From Octopus bimaculoides (Eukaryota): a stretch of DNA of 56,412 bases. The position numbers were made by a program, and so were the translations under genes. The stretch is taken from positions 130,956,265-131,012,676 of the forward strand of contig NC_068982.1 of assembly GCF_001194135.2 (NCBI RefSeq), in the 5' to 3' direction. The notes beneath the pieces were generated by a model, which saw only the letters and a list, made by a program, of their open reading frames with translations, was not told where the DNA came from and searched no databases. Shown here one piece after another: positions 11,651-24,200 of this stretch; position 1 is the stretch's first letter, and each line of letters starts with the position of its first letter.

Positions 11651-14544
11651 CCTAAAGTGAAACCCCCAAAGCAAAAACAAATACTAAAAATAGATGAATA
11701 GTGACAGACGATTAAAAGAAAAAAGTAGTGAATAAAAGCGAAAAGTTGTGTGTGTGTGTGTGTGCAAATATATAAAGAATGGTGGTCAGAATTTTGAATC
11801 AAACATGTATGCAAATATGTTCGATGGGAGTTTTCTTTCTAAAGTGAATTACCGTTGTTCTTTTCAAAGGAATGGAATGCATTAAACTCAGCCCTGCAAT
11901 CTAGCAGAACGCTAATTAATTATACAGCGCTCCTGCATCTATCAATATGGAGCTGTACCTCCTCGTATTACCTATGAAGCCAGGTAAATTATCCTATAGT
12001 GGCTAAATTATTTAATATGAACACAACGTAATACTAGAGACGGTATACGAACCAACGACCTTTTGAATGATAATCTGATCCCTTGGACAGCTGCTAGAAG
12101 AATATCCAATCTCTTTATTAAATCAAGATGATAAAAATTACTGGAATTCCGTAACTATTTTACTTAAGCGCGAGACTTTTACAAATGTATTAGAAAAATG
12201 AGATTTCGAAAAGCGTATGCATTTCTGAAAGATACTAAGAAGCGAAAAAAAAAAAAGATTGTTTACAAACTCTCTTAGCTAAAACTTTTCCTTCGCTATC
12301 CTGTATTCTCAACAATCCAAGACTACATAACTTCATCAGTTTTTTATGTTTACAAATGGGGAGTGGCAGGATAAAATAGTAAAGTGTCAAATATCTGTAA
12401 CTTGAAGCTTTTTTATAGCTTTTTACTCCCTTTATTATCTCTGTGAGCTATTTTTGTCAATTTCTAATCATCAGTATTCAACAGATGATCAGTTATCTTG
12501 GTCCCAGGGGTGAAAAGTATATTAAAGTTGTAACATTTATGTTTTTCTCAGGAATATTGGTGACCTGACAGAGGCAAAGGGTTCTGTTTACGATTAATAA
12601 TCGAAACTGGAACACAAGATTTAAATTACTAGTGGATTTGTTGATATTAAGTACTCGACTTGAACAAATACTTTATTCTATATCAACAAGTATAGATTTT
12701 GCTGTTCCAGAGTATATTGAAAGCCTTTCTTGTACATTTGCCTAATTCTGTTTTTTACGACATTGAGCACTTTGTGACAATTCATTTATAATCGAAAATC
12801 ACACAAACATTGTGTATGTGCTTTGTTTATACGTCAATTTTCTGCGGGATAGCATCCTGGGAAACCTCCCAACACGACACTCAGTGTTAAAGAACGCTAA
12901 ATGTCCCAAACAGGCGAGACAACTCGCTTGAGGTGAGTGGAAATGAGAGATATCGATATTTCGCTATAGTTATAGTTCCTTAGTATCATTTACTCGATTC
13001 ACCTGGAAATTAATTAATTCACCACTGTGGGACATGTATGCAAATAGAGTAAAGTCTATTTGTTGATGTGGCGTTGCATATGTAAAGATTAAATTTCAAA
13101 TTAAAGGCAGCTTTAAAAATGTAAACATTATCGGTAGTACATACATAGGTAGACACTGTCAGATAAGCAGATAGATAAATAGGTAGGTAGGTAGATAGAT
13201 AGATAAAATATATCTTTTCCTTAACGACATATCAGTTCCAGAGAACCCTTGATTCATGAGAATATCTTGTCTTTTCTTTCGAAATCGGTCACAATTGTCA
13301 CCAGGTATGTGTTGGTCAGTCGAAGCGAAGTTTATGTCAATAAATCAAGAATTTATCTTGCACGGGATCGAATACGTTTTTATTCGTTTTTGTTGTTGGA
13401 ATTCAAACCTCATGTCGCAGTTTTTGTTTTGACATCGTATATACAACCATCTGCACTTTTGCAGCTCTTCCAACATAATTTTAAGCGGTTAGTTGAAAGA
13501 TGAACTGAAGAATTTCATGAGACATACCTTTTAAAGTGGGCTACCTGTTGTCTATAATGGTTAACTGTCATTCCTGTTAACTATTTACTGCCATAGTAAC
13601 AAGGTCACTGAGAATGAAACGATTTCATAACGGGGCACAAACCCTCAAAACTTGCTAATCTGTAGTTAATAGTTGATATATTATATTTTACAATAAAATT
13701 AATCTGAACCCAAAAATTAGTTAAATAAACAGCTAAATAGTACAATAACTAAATCATCATTATCATTGACAACAGCAATAGTTCCTATTATATGCTACTC
13801 ACACTTTAACCACTGCTAAGTGATCAGGAAAAGTTTAATTCACGATTGCTTTACTCAGATAAATCCTTTTATATTTGGCTAATGGTATGTACTTGGTCAC
13901 TCCATTCTTATCTTTTAGGTAAACACTTACTCGTGGCTTGGTCACACCTAATATCATCTACAATATTTCTTCTCTCTTTCTTTCCTTTTCTCTGTGTTAT
14001 ATATATATATATATACACAGATAGATATAGATAGATACAGATATATATATAGATAGATAGATACTACTACTACTACTACTCCGGTTTCACTGATAAAAGG
14101 CCAGTTTTATGCAAAAGGTTACAAGGCCAAATACGGTGAATATGTAAGACCTCCCTCCTAATAAATTCGACAGATGTCTACGTCACTTTTCAGACTTATA
14201 CGGTATTATCTGAAATTGAGGTAACCGACTTTAGGTAAAGCTCTCGTTCTATTTCTGTTTGTTCTTATTGTCCTTACTTTTGTTATTAAATGACGGGAGT
14301 TCAGCACGCCTACAGTATGAATTTATAATGAACAATTAATTCGATTGATCGCTGTAGTAAACAGGTATATGCATTCATAAATCTTGCAAACACACAAATG
14401 CACGTATTTATAAAAAACGCAAAAGGAAATGGATTTCCATTGATTTCGACGATGAGCATTCAGTTTCATCAACTACGTTGACTTAGTGTATGAGTGGCAG
14501 AATAAACATTAGTGTATGGTAAAAGATAGATTTTAAATTGCATT

Positions 14545-14685
14545 CGACGGGTTTCTACATAGTGTCCGTCTTCTCAATTTTACTCACGAGGCTTAGGTCG
14601 CCGAGGCTATCCTGGAAGATATTTTCCCGAGATGCCGCACATTGAGACCGAATCTGGGACTTCATTATTGCGAAGCGAATTTAGA
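14545..14685 (-). mobile_element. Degenerate SINE-A head
   Basis: ctcacgaggcttaggtcgccgaggctatcctggaagatattttcccgagatgccgcac is the reverse complement of the SINE-A head. Confidence 0.75.
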
Positions 14686-15659
14686 AAATTCGCTTCACCA
14701 TACATACATACATACAATTTCGCAAAGGCATATTCCAAGGCGACAGCCTCCCTGTGATGTTGTCTATACTTTCTGTAAATCCCTTGTCATTCATGTAAGG
14801 AAGTCAGAAGGTTATCTCACAGGCTCACAAGGAAACAGAAATACCAAAATACCAAAAGTTTCTTTGTGGATCACTTTTTGCAAAGAATATGCATGAGATG
14901 AAAACGTGCCTTGACCTAGTAACAACATTCTCAAAGGATGTAAGGTTAGAGTTTGGTCAGGGTAATATGTTATATGGTTGTAAAAAGGGGGAAAACTGTA
15001 AACCAGACTAGTAACATCTCCATCAATGATTTGACTGTTTCCTTTTTGTTGAAGTCAGTTCCTCCAGCAGACGCCAACATAATAGTAAAGTATAGTAGAA
15101 AGAAAACATCTATACCAAATTTGTGAGAAATCTGCATTTTGACTATAATCTTCGATTTCTATCAATAATAATTGGAATGCTTGGCTAACTCTTCAGTACC
15201 AATCATGAGAAACTGGTATTCACAAAAAAAAAAACAGAAAGAACACTGTCAATCAGAGGAATACACATACAAAGTGTTAAAAGTACTGAGAAAAATGTTA
15301 AACATTGAAGACATTTAATATATGTTCCACATTTGTAATAACAATCATGCTCGCGCATGTGCACATATGTCTATGCACCTATATGTACATACATACATGA
15401 TCATACATTTAACCATACAAGACTCCTCTGTTGATGATGTTTAAATTACAATGAAAGAGTCTGGTTTCTAAGCTGGAAACCGACTCTTTCACCATTGGTG
15501 AAAAATTCGAACAATAACACCATGAAAACGTACATAGATGCATGCAAACATACGTACATACATACATACACAGACAGACAGACTCATGCACAAGTATAAC
15601 TGAAAGACAAACAAAATACACATGTACATAAAACACATGCAATTAACTATGTATTTATA

Positions 15660-15662
15660 CAA

Positions 15663-15709
<47 letters not shown>

Positions 15710-15802
15710 TGCACACACATATATATACATGCACACACATATATATACATGCACACACATATATATACATGCACACACATATATATACATACACACACAC
15801 AC
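15660..15802. repeat. (CA)n plus 20-bp minisatellite (atatatacatgcacacacat)x4
   Basis: Tandem units visible at about 15700-15790. Confidence 0.95.
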
Positions 15803-16576
15803 AAATGCACTCATGAACTGACCCAGACGCATAGAAACATTTTATTACATACATATGAACCAATAATGGAGCTTCTGTGTGAGCACTCGATCTGCTAGAA
15901 ATAACAACCGAATCTTCCACAGCGCCTTATCCTCTGCCCGGAAAATCTCATGTCAGAACGTAAAAATAGACAGAATGATCACGATTATATGTTTTTCTCT
16001 ATCAGGGCTTACATAGAGTTAAAAACATTACATACCATGTTCATACATGCATACGTATTTGTATGTATATATGTATGTATGTTAGTAAATGCCTCTGTGG
16101 CAATCTGGAGAAGCTAAGGCTTTCAGAAAAAGAAATCGGTTATACACCTTACAAATGTAAAAATATGCAAGATCTTTCTCAAGTTCAACATGTGACATTG
16201 CTTTTGTTATCTACATACCAACGACGGAACTTTGTATCTTTATTAGCGAACCCACTCCTTCCCTACAGGAAGACTTCAAATAATGAAAAATAGAAAAGGA
16301 CATACATACATACATACATAAAAATCTGTAAAACTTTCCAGTAGTTTATCATCTGAGTATACGTGCATATGACTAGTCACATATATGCATGAGAATACTT
16401 ACATAAAACAAAAATACAAATCTGCACATACACTGACTCTAAATGCTGCACATATACACGTGCATATGCAAAAATACCATATTGATGGTGTTCAAATTCC
16501 AATGAAGGAGACTTAGATCTAGGTTAATAACCAGCTCCTTCACTATTGGCAAGAAATCAAGAAATAAAACTGAATG

Positions 16577-16623
<47 letters not shown>

Positions 16624-17989
16624 CGCACGCGCACACGCACACCGTCTCAAATGAGAAATGAAACCGATACACACTTTCGGTCCCCCCAAAAATTAATTAC
16701 CGCCTTCTGTGAGTGTGAACGTCGGCTAACAAGCTGTTTAAAATGGCACCCCTAACAATAAATGATTTCTAACTTCGTGTACAAATTCACAAATTTGGAC
16801 AAGAGGGAATAGTTGCTTAGATCGAAAAAAACTAAAATCAGTAAAATATAAATCAATACACTCATGTTTTAGGTTCTTTTACCTTTATTCTCATTAACAT
16901 GTTATTTGCATGTAAATAAAAACTGAGCAAAGCAAAAAGTTTAGATAACAATTGCAGTAAAACAATATTACTAAGTACCCAGACGTTTATTGAGGAAGTT
17001 GTGAAGTATCAAATTATGTAATTTACTCATTTCTCCGCGGGATGGCGCTATTAAAATCATGACTGCTATTACCGACCAGCAGAATAAGGTCGCGTTTATT
17101 ACATTAGGGTAAACCTAGTTGTAAAGAGTGGACAACAAGACTTACGGGTTTTAACATTGAAAAGTGTAGCTGTTGATGATGGTTCTGTTTAATACTAGAT
17201 AGGGTTAAAATTATTATAATGCGTTGGATATATTAAACTATAAATAAGTATCTATATACACATACAATGCATAATTCACTATTACAGATGAAACTGCATT
17301 GAAGTACTCAATCCGATTTTCTACTATTTCTGCTAGATTGAATATTTAATCCTATATGATTACCCATTTCAGTATCTGTCTGTATCTCCCTCTCTCCATA
17401 CATGTATGTATATGTAAATGTACATCTGTATGCATATAATATGCACTTGCACACATGCACAAATGTTTATGTATATATAACTTTTTATATATACATGTAG
17501 ACAAAAATGATATAATACAGTTCTATATTTAAGAGAGGAGGAATTACGTACATTTGACGGGCAAGATGAGGACAAATGTCCGTCAAATGTAAATAATGTA
17601 AAAAATTATATGTGTATGTGTGTGTGTGTGTGTGAGTGTGTACATATACATTATGCGCTTACATATGTGTGTATGTGTGTGGTTATGTGGGGGAGGGGAG
17701 AAAGTTGGGGAAAGAAATAATGGAGGACTGTTAGACAACTGCTTGGTATTTTAGTGGCTGCTGCACAGAGGATAATTGATAAAATAGATAAATACCGTCG
17801 TTCTTATTTTCAATTCCAGTAGAATTTTAGTAGTTTTTGTGAAAGTTATCTATAAATGGCTTAAAATTGGCCACCTACTAATGATTAAAATTTTGCTAAA
17901 AATTGTTATCTGATAACGGTTCAAAATTAGCTAAAAGTGGGCTTCGCTGATGAAAATATGAAAAGTGCTCAGGCTTAATAAGGGAACCT

Positions 17990-18260
17990 CTTGCCGAGTG
18001 TGCTAAAATCAACTCATTTGTGAGAGGAGTCTGTATTTTCAAGGCAATGGTTTATAGAGCGACTCTCGTTCCACTTGATTGTATGTCGAGAGATTACATG
18101 AAACTCATGACCAGCGATTTCAATGGACGGTTCACTCAGCACATGAATATTTCTTCATGAATAAGGGACACGGAACTATTTCCTCTATGTCCCATTTTAT
18201 CTGGAGGCTTCGAGACCAGAGAAATTTCCCGCCCGGCAAAACCTTGCGCATACGTGGAGT
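17990..18260 (+). mobile_element. Decayed RTE-type LINE ORF2 fragment (post-RT region)
   Basis: KAMVYRATLVP...YMKLM...MNISS*IRDTEL resembles the RTE pattern KxxVYRAxVxPxLLY...RHxKxLxxF...ILNISWxDxxxxxEV. Confidence 0.45.
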
Positions 18261-18600
18261 GACTAAATTTCAATTTTCCTTTCTGTACAAATTTAAACTG
18301 CCCATTGCGTCTTTTCATAAAACTAAACTTTCCTACTGCTGCTATCTATGGAGCTCTCTATTAGCTAACTTTAAGCATTTAGTTGACAATACTGTTTCCT
18401 AATTTTTGCTAAACATCTGCCGAGAAATTGCAGGAATTCAAAGCAGATGAATCTACCTGTTGTAACAAAATTGAACACTTAGCTACCATGCCACCTACAT
18501 CAACAGGAGGATGAGATGCGCTCTTGTATCTGCGAATCTCTGAATAATAAAAATTTAAGCAATTAACTGTTTACACACATACCTACAGAGATGCACACAC

Positions 18601-18642
<42 letters not shown>

Positions 18643-18644
18643 GG

Positions 18645-18770
18645 CCTTGCAGCCATAATGTCGCGGGGTTCGATTTCTCGACCAGGGAGCGCGTTGCATC
18701 CTTCAGCAATGCACTTTGTTTCAAGCTGCTTCAGTCTACCCAGTTGAAAATGAGTACCAATCGATTACTA
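18645..18770 (+). mobile_element. SINE-D (tRNA head plus CORE-like domain) fragment
   Basis: B-box-like ggggttcgatttc, then catccttcagcaatgcacttt...cagtctacccagttgaaaatgagtacc; related to 34080-34210 and 48355-48600. Confidence 0.65.
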
Positions 18771-19564
18771 ATGCAGCTCTCTCCCTCCCTCCCTCTCTCT
18801 CTCCAACTGTTGTCACATCCTTGATATTCGTCTGGGTCAAAGCTGAAAGGGCCAGGAGAATGCCTGCCTTTGAACTACATAGCTACATAAAACAACTGAC
18901 GAATGCATAATACAAGCTATCAGATCATGTTCGCTTGCAGNNNNNNNNNNNNNNNNNNNNNNNNNNNNNNNNNNNNNNNNNNNNNNNNNNNNNNNNNNNN
19001 NNNNNNNNNNNNNNNNNNNNNNNNNNNNNNNNNNNNNNNNNNNNNNNNNNNNNNNNNNNNNNNNNNNNNNNNNNNNNNNNNNNNNNNNNNNNNNNNNNNN
19101 NNNNNNNNNNNNNNNNNNNNNNNNNNNNNNNNNNNNNNNNNNNNNNNNNNNNNNNNNNNNNNNNNNNNNNNNNNNNNNNNNNNNNNNNNNNNNNNNNNNN
19201 NNNNNNNNNNNNNNNNNNNNNNNNNNNNNNNNNNNNNNNNNNNNNNNNNNNNNNNNNNNNNNNNNNNNNNNNNNNNNNNNNNNNNNNNNNNNNNNNNNNN
19301 NNNNNNNNNNNNNNNNNNNNNNNNNNNNNNNNNNNNNNNNNNNNNNNNNNNNNNNNNNNNNNNNNNNNNNNNNNNNNNNNNNNNNNNNNNNNNNNNNNNN
19401 NNNNNNNNNNNNNNNNNNNNNNNNNNNNNNNNNNNNNNNNNNNNNNNNNNNNNNNNNNNNNNNNNNNNNNNNNNNNNNNNNNNNNNNNNNNNNNNNNNNN
19501 NNNNNNNNNNNNNNNNNNNNNNNNNNNNNNNNNNNNNNNNNNNNNNNNNNNNNNNNNNNNNNNN

Positions 19565-19610
<46 letters not shown>

Positions 19611-20809
19611 AAAATATAAATATAAAGGAAGAAGACACACGCATATAAACGTATACAATGAGCGAGAGAGACTGGTGTACTAATGTGTGATAAGTGGATA
19701 TGCTGTATTCATTATTCTTTTTTATATAAAATATATTTATCTTGAAATATGCTTTGGCGTAAAACGTAGACTGCCAATATATTTTCAGTTTGGGATTTTC
19801 TCACAAACCATTTACTCAACAATATTATCCCCTTCGGGCTGCCAGCCTATTTAATTCCCTACTTAACCTTGATTGTGATGTCAAAGTAATTTATAAGTCA
19901 TTGAAATTTACATAGCAAAGAAATACTTAAATACGTTATTTGAGAAGAATAGTGAATTAAAATACAAGTCTAGAAGTTTCCGGTCGAAAAGAGAAACGCT
20001 ACGGGGAAAACTTCTTTAAATAATGCATTTTTAAGGATCACATCAGTTTACTAAGTGATGGAAATTCAACCAGAAGAAAAGGCGTGATTCAATATAGAGA
20101 GATTCTGTGCTCAAACACATAGAGTTGTTACAAGAAAAAAAGGGTAAATGATGAAAGGCCCCAAGAGAAATTAGTATGCCGATTTAACCGAAAATTATGC
20201 TGAATAATGTTGTTAGAAAGAATCAAATTAATGATACTTTATCAAACATTAACTTTGGAATTGCCGCTTGAAAAGATGAACTTGTGGTTTAAAGAAAATT
20301 CATTTAGAAGAAAAACTGTCTGTTGTACTATTGATTTAGTAAATCAGAACAAGGCGGAAATTTTAAGTACGGCATCGTTGATTGTATCAACTTTTCTTAT
20401 ATTTTTTGTACTTGTTTTAACGGTCCTGGAAGTAGGAAAGGCGAAGTCCAACCAGTGGCATAGCAAGGACTGAAACTGGGTTTTATGAATCCCCTTGCAA
20501 ATACAGCAGACCCCAAAGTGACGTTCCTATAAAAGCGTTTCTACTGAGTCTCCCACACTAAGTATTGAAGAAAGTATAACTAAATACTGTAATAATACTA
20601 CTCTTCCCGTTCTTCTTCTGTTGGTAGTGAAAATCGATACTCCGATCAAACCAAAGAAGCTATTTCGCAAGGTTTCCAAATTAATTGTATCGCAGTGTAA
20701 TGTTCCCAGATCCCAACAGAAATGTCACCATTCTCGAGGTACAGAGCCGGAACAGATATTACAAAGCTTCATGTCCGACGCTCTAACAATTACACCCGTC
20801 CTTGGCCTT

Positions 20810-20957
20810 GGACTGGTACTTTGACCTCAGAATGACGAAAGCCAAAGTTAACCTCAGCGAGATTTGAACTCAAAGCCTAGAAAGTCATTAAAAATATCAC
20901 AAGGCATTCTATCCAATGTACTAGCGAACACACTAACAACTCTGCCAATTCGCCATC
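20810..20957 (-). mobile_element. Degenerate SINE-B
   Basis: gaaagccaaagttaacctcagcgagatttgaactca...aacaactctgccaattcgcc. Confidence 0.75.
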
Positions 20958-20991
20958 TCGACTATTTTAGAAATGGATATTTAACTTCTTA

Positions 20992-21062
20992 AGGTGTCGT
21001 GCTGGAAGAATCGGTAGCACGCCGTGCAAAATGATTAGCAGCATATCGTCCCTCCGGAGTCA
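20992..21062 (+). mobile_element. SINE-B head fragment (head-to-head with the previous copy)
   Basis: gctggaagaatcggtagcacgccgtgcaaaatgattagcagcat. Confidence 0.7.
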
Positions 21063-21504
21063 ATATAATGAAAAATCAATCACATCCTGAAGTCAAACGA
21101 TTTCAATGATTACAATAAATTTGTAGCTGAGTGTCAGGGTGGAAAATCTATATTTTACGGTTAATAGCAATCGCTACTGAGTATATGAATTTCTACTAAA
21201 TGGTATCCACGACTTGGTTTTGAAAAGGCATGAGAAAGGCATAAACACCTCATAAACTCTAAATAAGATTATATTTGGCTGTTACAGAAGAGTTACGCAA
21301 AAACTAAATACTTGGCCGCATTAAAATTGGGTGGGAGGGGCTGAGATTGTCAAAAAATGGAGTCGTATGAGCGCTGTTGTCATGTCATATACAGGGTGTT
21401 TGGGGCATTTTAAAACTAAAGCCCAACCTTCTCCAGACTTGAAGATAACGGATTTCTTCTAGGAAGAAAATGTGTGTGTATGAGAGAGATGGGGAGATGA
21501 GAGA

Positions 21505-21655
21505 AAAGAAACGGATTGACCCAGTATTTAGCGATTCTAAAAGGATGAAAAACAATGGTGACCTCGACTTGACTAGAACTCAGAAACCCAAAGCGAACAC
21601 AGAAAAAAGAGTGTTCTATCCGACACTCTAGCGACGCTGTCAATCAACCGCCTTT
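21505..21655 (-). mobile_element. Degenerate SINE-B
   Basis: aaaaggatgaaaaacaatggtgacctcgacttgactagaactcagaa. Confidence 0.65.
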
Positions 21656-21907
21656 TGTAAAAATTAAAACAACAAATACTTGAAATATAATTCCTGATAT
21701 CATTCGTGAAAAACAAAATTACCTCCAATTTTGTTGTCACAAATTTCACCAAGTCATTGATTATTCTCGTTTTTGTATATTCAAATTTTATTCTTCTGTT
21801 TCTGGTAAGACATGTGTATGTCCAGTCTTAGAATTGCATCACTGTTGTTGTTAATAAATATTAATTGGGGTATTTTTGGAAAGGGTAAGTTGCTAGATCG
21901 ACCTTAA

Positions 21908-22220
21908 GGTTAATCATAATTAAGGATAATCATAGGTGATCACAGATTTAATAAAATGAGCAAACGATGAGTAGAACCTGTGTTTACAAGAGAGTATTAA
22001 GTACCCTATCCTGGTTCATCGTAATTAAAGCTCCCTATGCAACACTAATCTTGCTATTTGCAAATTGTGTTTAAGGGAATCGCTAACCATCCTTCGCAAT
22101 CACAACCCCTTATTACATAATAGATTCTCAAGTGTAATTTTCTCTTGTAAACACATATTCTACTCATCGTTTACCCATTTTATTAAATCTATGTATGATT
22201 ATCTTTAATTACGATTAACC
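21908..22220. mobile_element. Kolobok-like MITE with ~90-bp TIRs and TTAA target duplication
   Basis: TTAA|GGTTAATCATAATTAAGGATAATCATA...TATGATTATCTTTAATTACGATTAACC|TTAA; inverted similarity continues through gatttaataaaatg...gtgtttacaagaga. TTAA at 21904-21907 and 22221-22224. Confidence 0.7.
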
Positions 22221-22285
22221 TTAAGGTACAATTGGGTCAACCAATCATAGCAACTTACCCCTTCCATTGATACCATCCTTTTTAC

Positions 22286-22403
22286 CAAATTATTCCTTTT
22301 GCACATTCCTCTTACACACCACGCCCCACCAAATTATATTCTTCTTACCCACCACATCTACCAAATTATTTCTTTGCACATTTCTCTTACCCACCACAAC
22401 TAC
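22286..22403. repeat. Degenerate ~30-45-bp tandem repeat x3
   Basis: Three units beginning accaaattat and ending tcttac(a/c)caccac. Confidence 0.8.
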
Positions 22404-23399
22404 CTTCCTCACAAGCTGTTTTTTCCTCATTATCTCATATCTTCTTTTCAGCCAAAACACTTTCAAACTTGGGACACTGGTAGAATGTGTCATCTCGTTA
22501 CCCCCGTAGAATTCTTCCCTCGTAAAGACATCGAAGTCTAAGCTCGAATCATTTGAGCGCTATTAAGTATTTTCTATACTGAGAATCTCTTGATTTCATC
22601 TGTTGACTAATATATAAGCATCTGTACATTTATGTGTATATGTGTATGTAGATATCAATGTACTACGTGAACTGATTTTAAGTAGCAAAATCTAAATCTG
22701 TCTCCTCTCATGTATTTCTTTTTCGTCTCCTCCCTTTTTAAATTTTGCCAATCCTCTATTACAAACTGAGGCAGATTTGTACCGGATATCTCATTTAAAA
22801 TGTTTAATTCTTTCACAGTTTTTATTTTATTTTTTATTTATTGTTATTAAGTATATTTATTTATTTTGCGATGTCTCTCTTAGTTTTCCTATCCTGTAAA
22901 AGCTGAAATTCTTTCGCTTATTTTATAACGTTGAAAAAACGTAATGACACGATTGTAAGATATTTATTTATGTAAATTTATATTATATTTACTCTACTCT
23001 TCGATGTATACAGTCTTTTTATTTTAGTCTACATCTTGTTGGATGCAAGCCCTGAACCATTCATTATATAGGTGTGTATGTATGTGTGTGTGTGTATAGG
23101 AGAGTATTGTAATTCGCTTGAAGCATTGAGTATTGTTTGTAAAAAATAATGTCTTGAATGGCACAACAATGCACTATAATAACAATAATGGACTATAATA
23201 ACTGTTATAATTTACACGTTCATAGTCTGATATATTTCGGAATATAAAAATTCCTTTAGATATCCCGAGGAATTGATCGAGTCACTGCTATAATCGGTTT
23301 TCCAACGGGTTTTTTTTTTTTTTTTTTTTTTTTTTTTGGAAGCGTCTCTGCAGTGGTCTCACGAGGCTCCTTCCGAAATTCCTCATGAGAAGTGCTTGA

Positions 23400-23820
23400 G
23401 GGCGGCCATGTTTCAACATAAAGCATTGACAAAACTAAAAAAACAAAATCATTATCTACTTACCATCAGACAAAGGGAAAGGATTTGCGTGATTGCTTGT
23501 GAAATATATGATAGACTGGTACTAAGAACATTTAAATAATGACAGACTATATTCTGAAGTGACAGATACAACCACGACCAGGATTGAGGACCGAATTAAC
23601 ACTGCATGGACTGACATTTGTAGACGGAGACAACTGCATAACAAATGCGAGAACAACTTCATCACAAAGAACAGTAGATTACCCAGATTCTATCACCTCA
23701 TTAAAACACATAAGGATAGCAATACGATCCAGATTAGACCCTTCGTCTCCAGTGTAGAAGGACCTCTTTATAAAATATCCTGGCTACTTTCTCATATCCT
23801 GAAACCCATACTTTTCACCT
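23400..23820 (+). mobile_element. Penelope-like element reverse transcriptase fragment
   Basis: KALTKLKKQNH..SDKGKGF..IYDRL (frameshifted), then LPRFYHLIKTHKDSNTIQIRPFVSSVEGPLYKISWLLSHILKPIL, matching the Penelope PxFYxLxKxHK...RPIVS...P...S..L..IL.P signature. Confidence 0.85.
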
Positions 23821-23869
23821 TTCCTTGTAATAGTTCTTGTTTATATGCTGCTAAGCATTCCCAAACGGT

Positions 23870-23974
23870 TGAGTGTGTGTGTGTGTTTGTGTGCGTATTT
23901 ATGTGAGTGTGAAGTTGTTTGTTTGCTGTCGTGAGCGTTTATGTATGTGTGTGAGTGTATTTAGGTTGCGTGCG

Positions 23975-24022
<48 letters not shown>

Positions 24023-24032
24023 NNNNNNNNNN

Positions 24033-24084
<52 letters not shown>

Positions 24085-24200
24085 GAAATTAATAGTTATG
24101 GTACTGGCGGTGGCAGAGGTAGCAGCATTGATTGTTATGGTGGTGGTGGTGGTGGTGGAGGAGGAGATGGTGACGGTGATATTGGTGTTGATAATGGTAA
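23870..24200. repeat. (GT)/(GC)/(CA) microsatellites and (GGT)n
   Basis: Directly visible; 10-N gap inside the (CA)n run. Confidence 0.9.

Noticed and set aside
20240-20700. Specific GPCR call
   Set aside because: Only loose TM1/TM2- or TM5/TM6-like patches; no DRY or NPxxY motif, and the strand is ambiguous.
20123-20824. Mitochondrial or mollicute insert (TGA read as Trp)
   Set aside because: The TGA-only pattern is explained as the shadow of T|CAx codons on the opposite strand, and no mitochondrial protein motif is recognisable.
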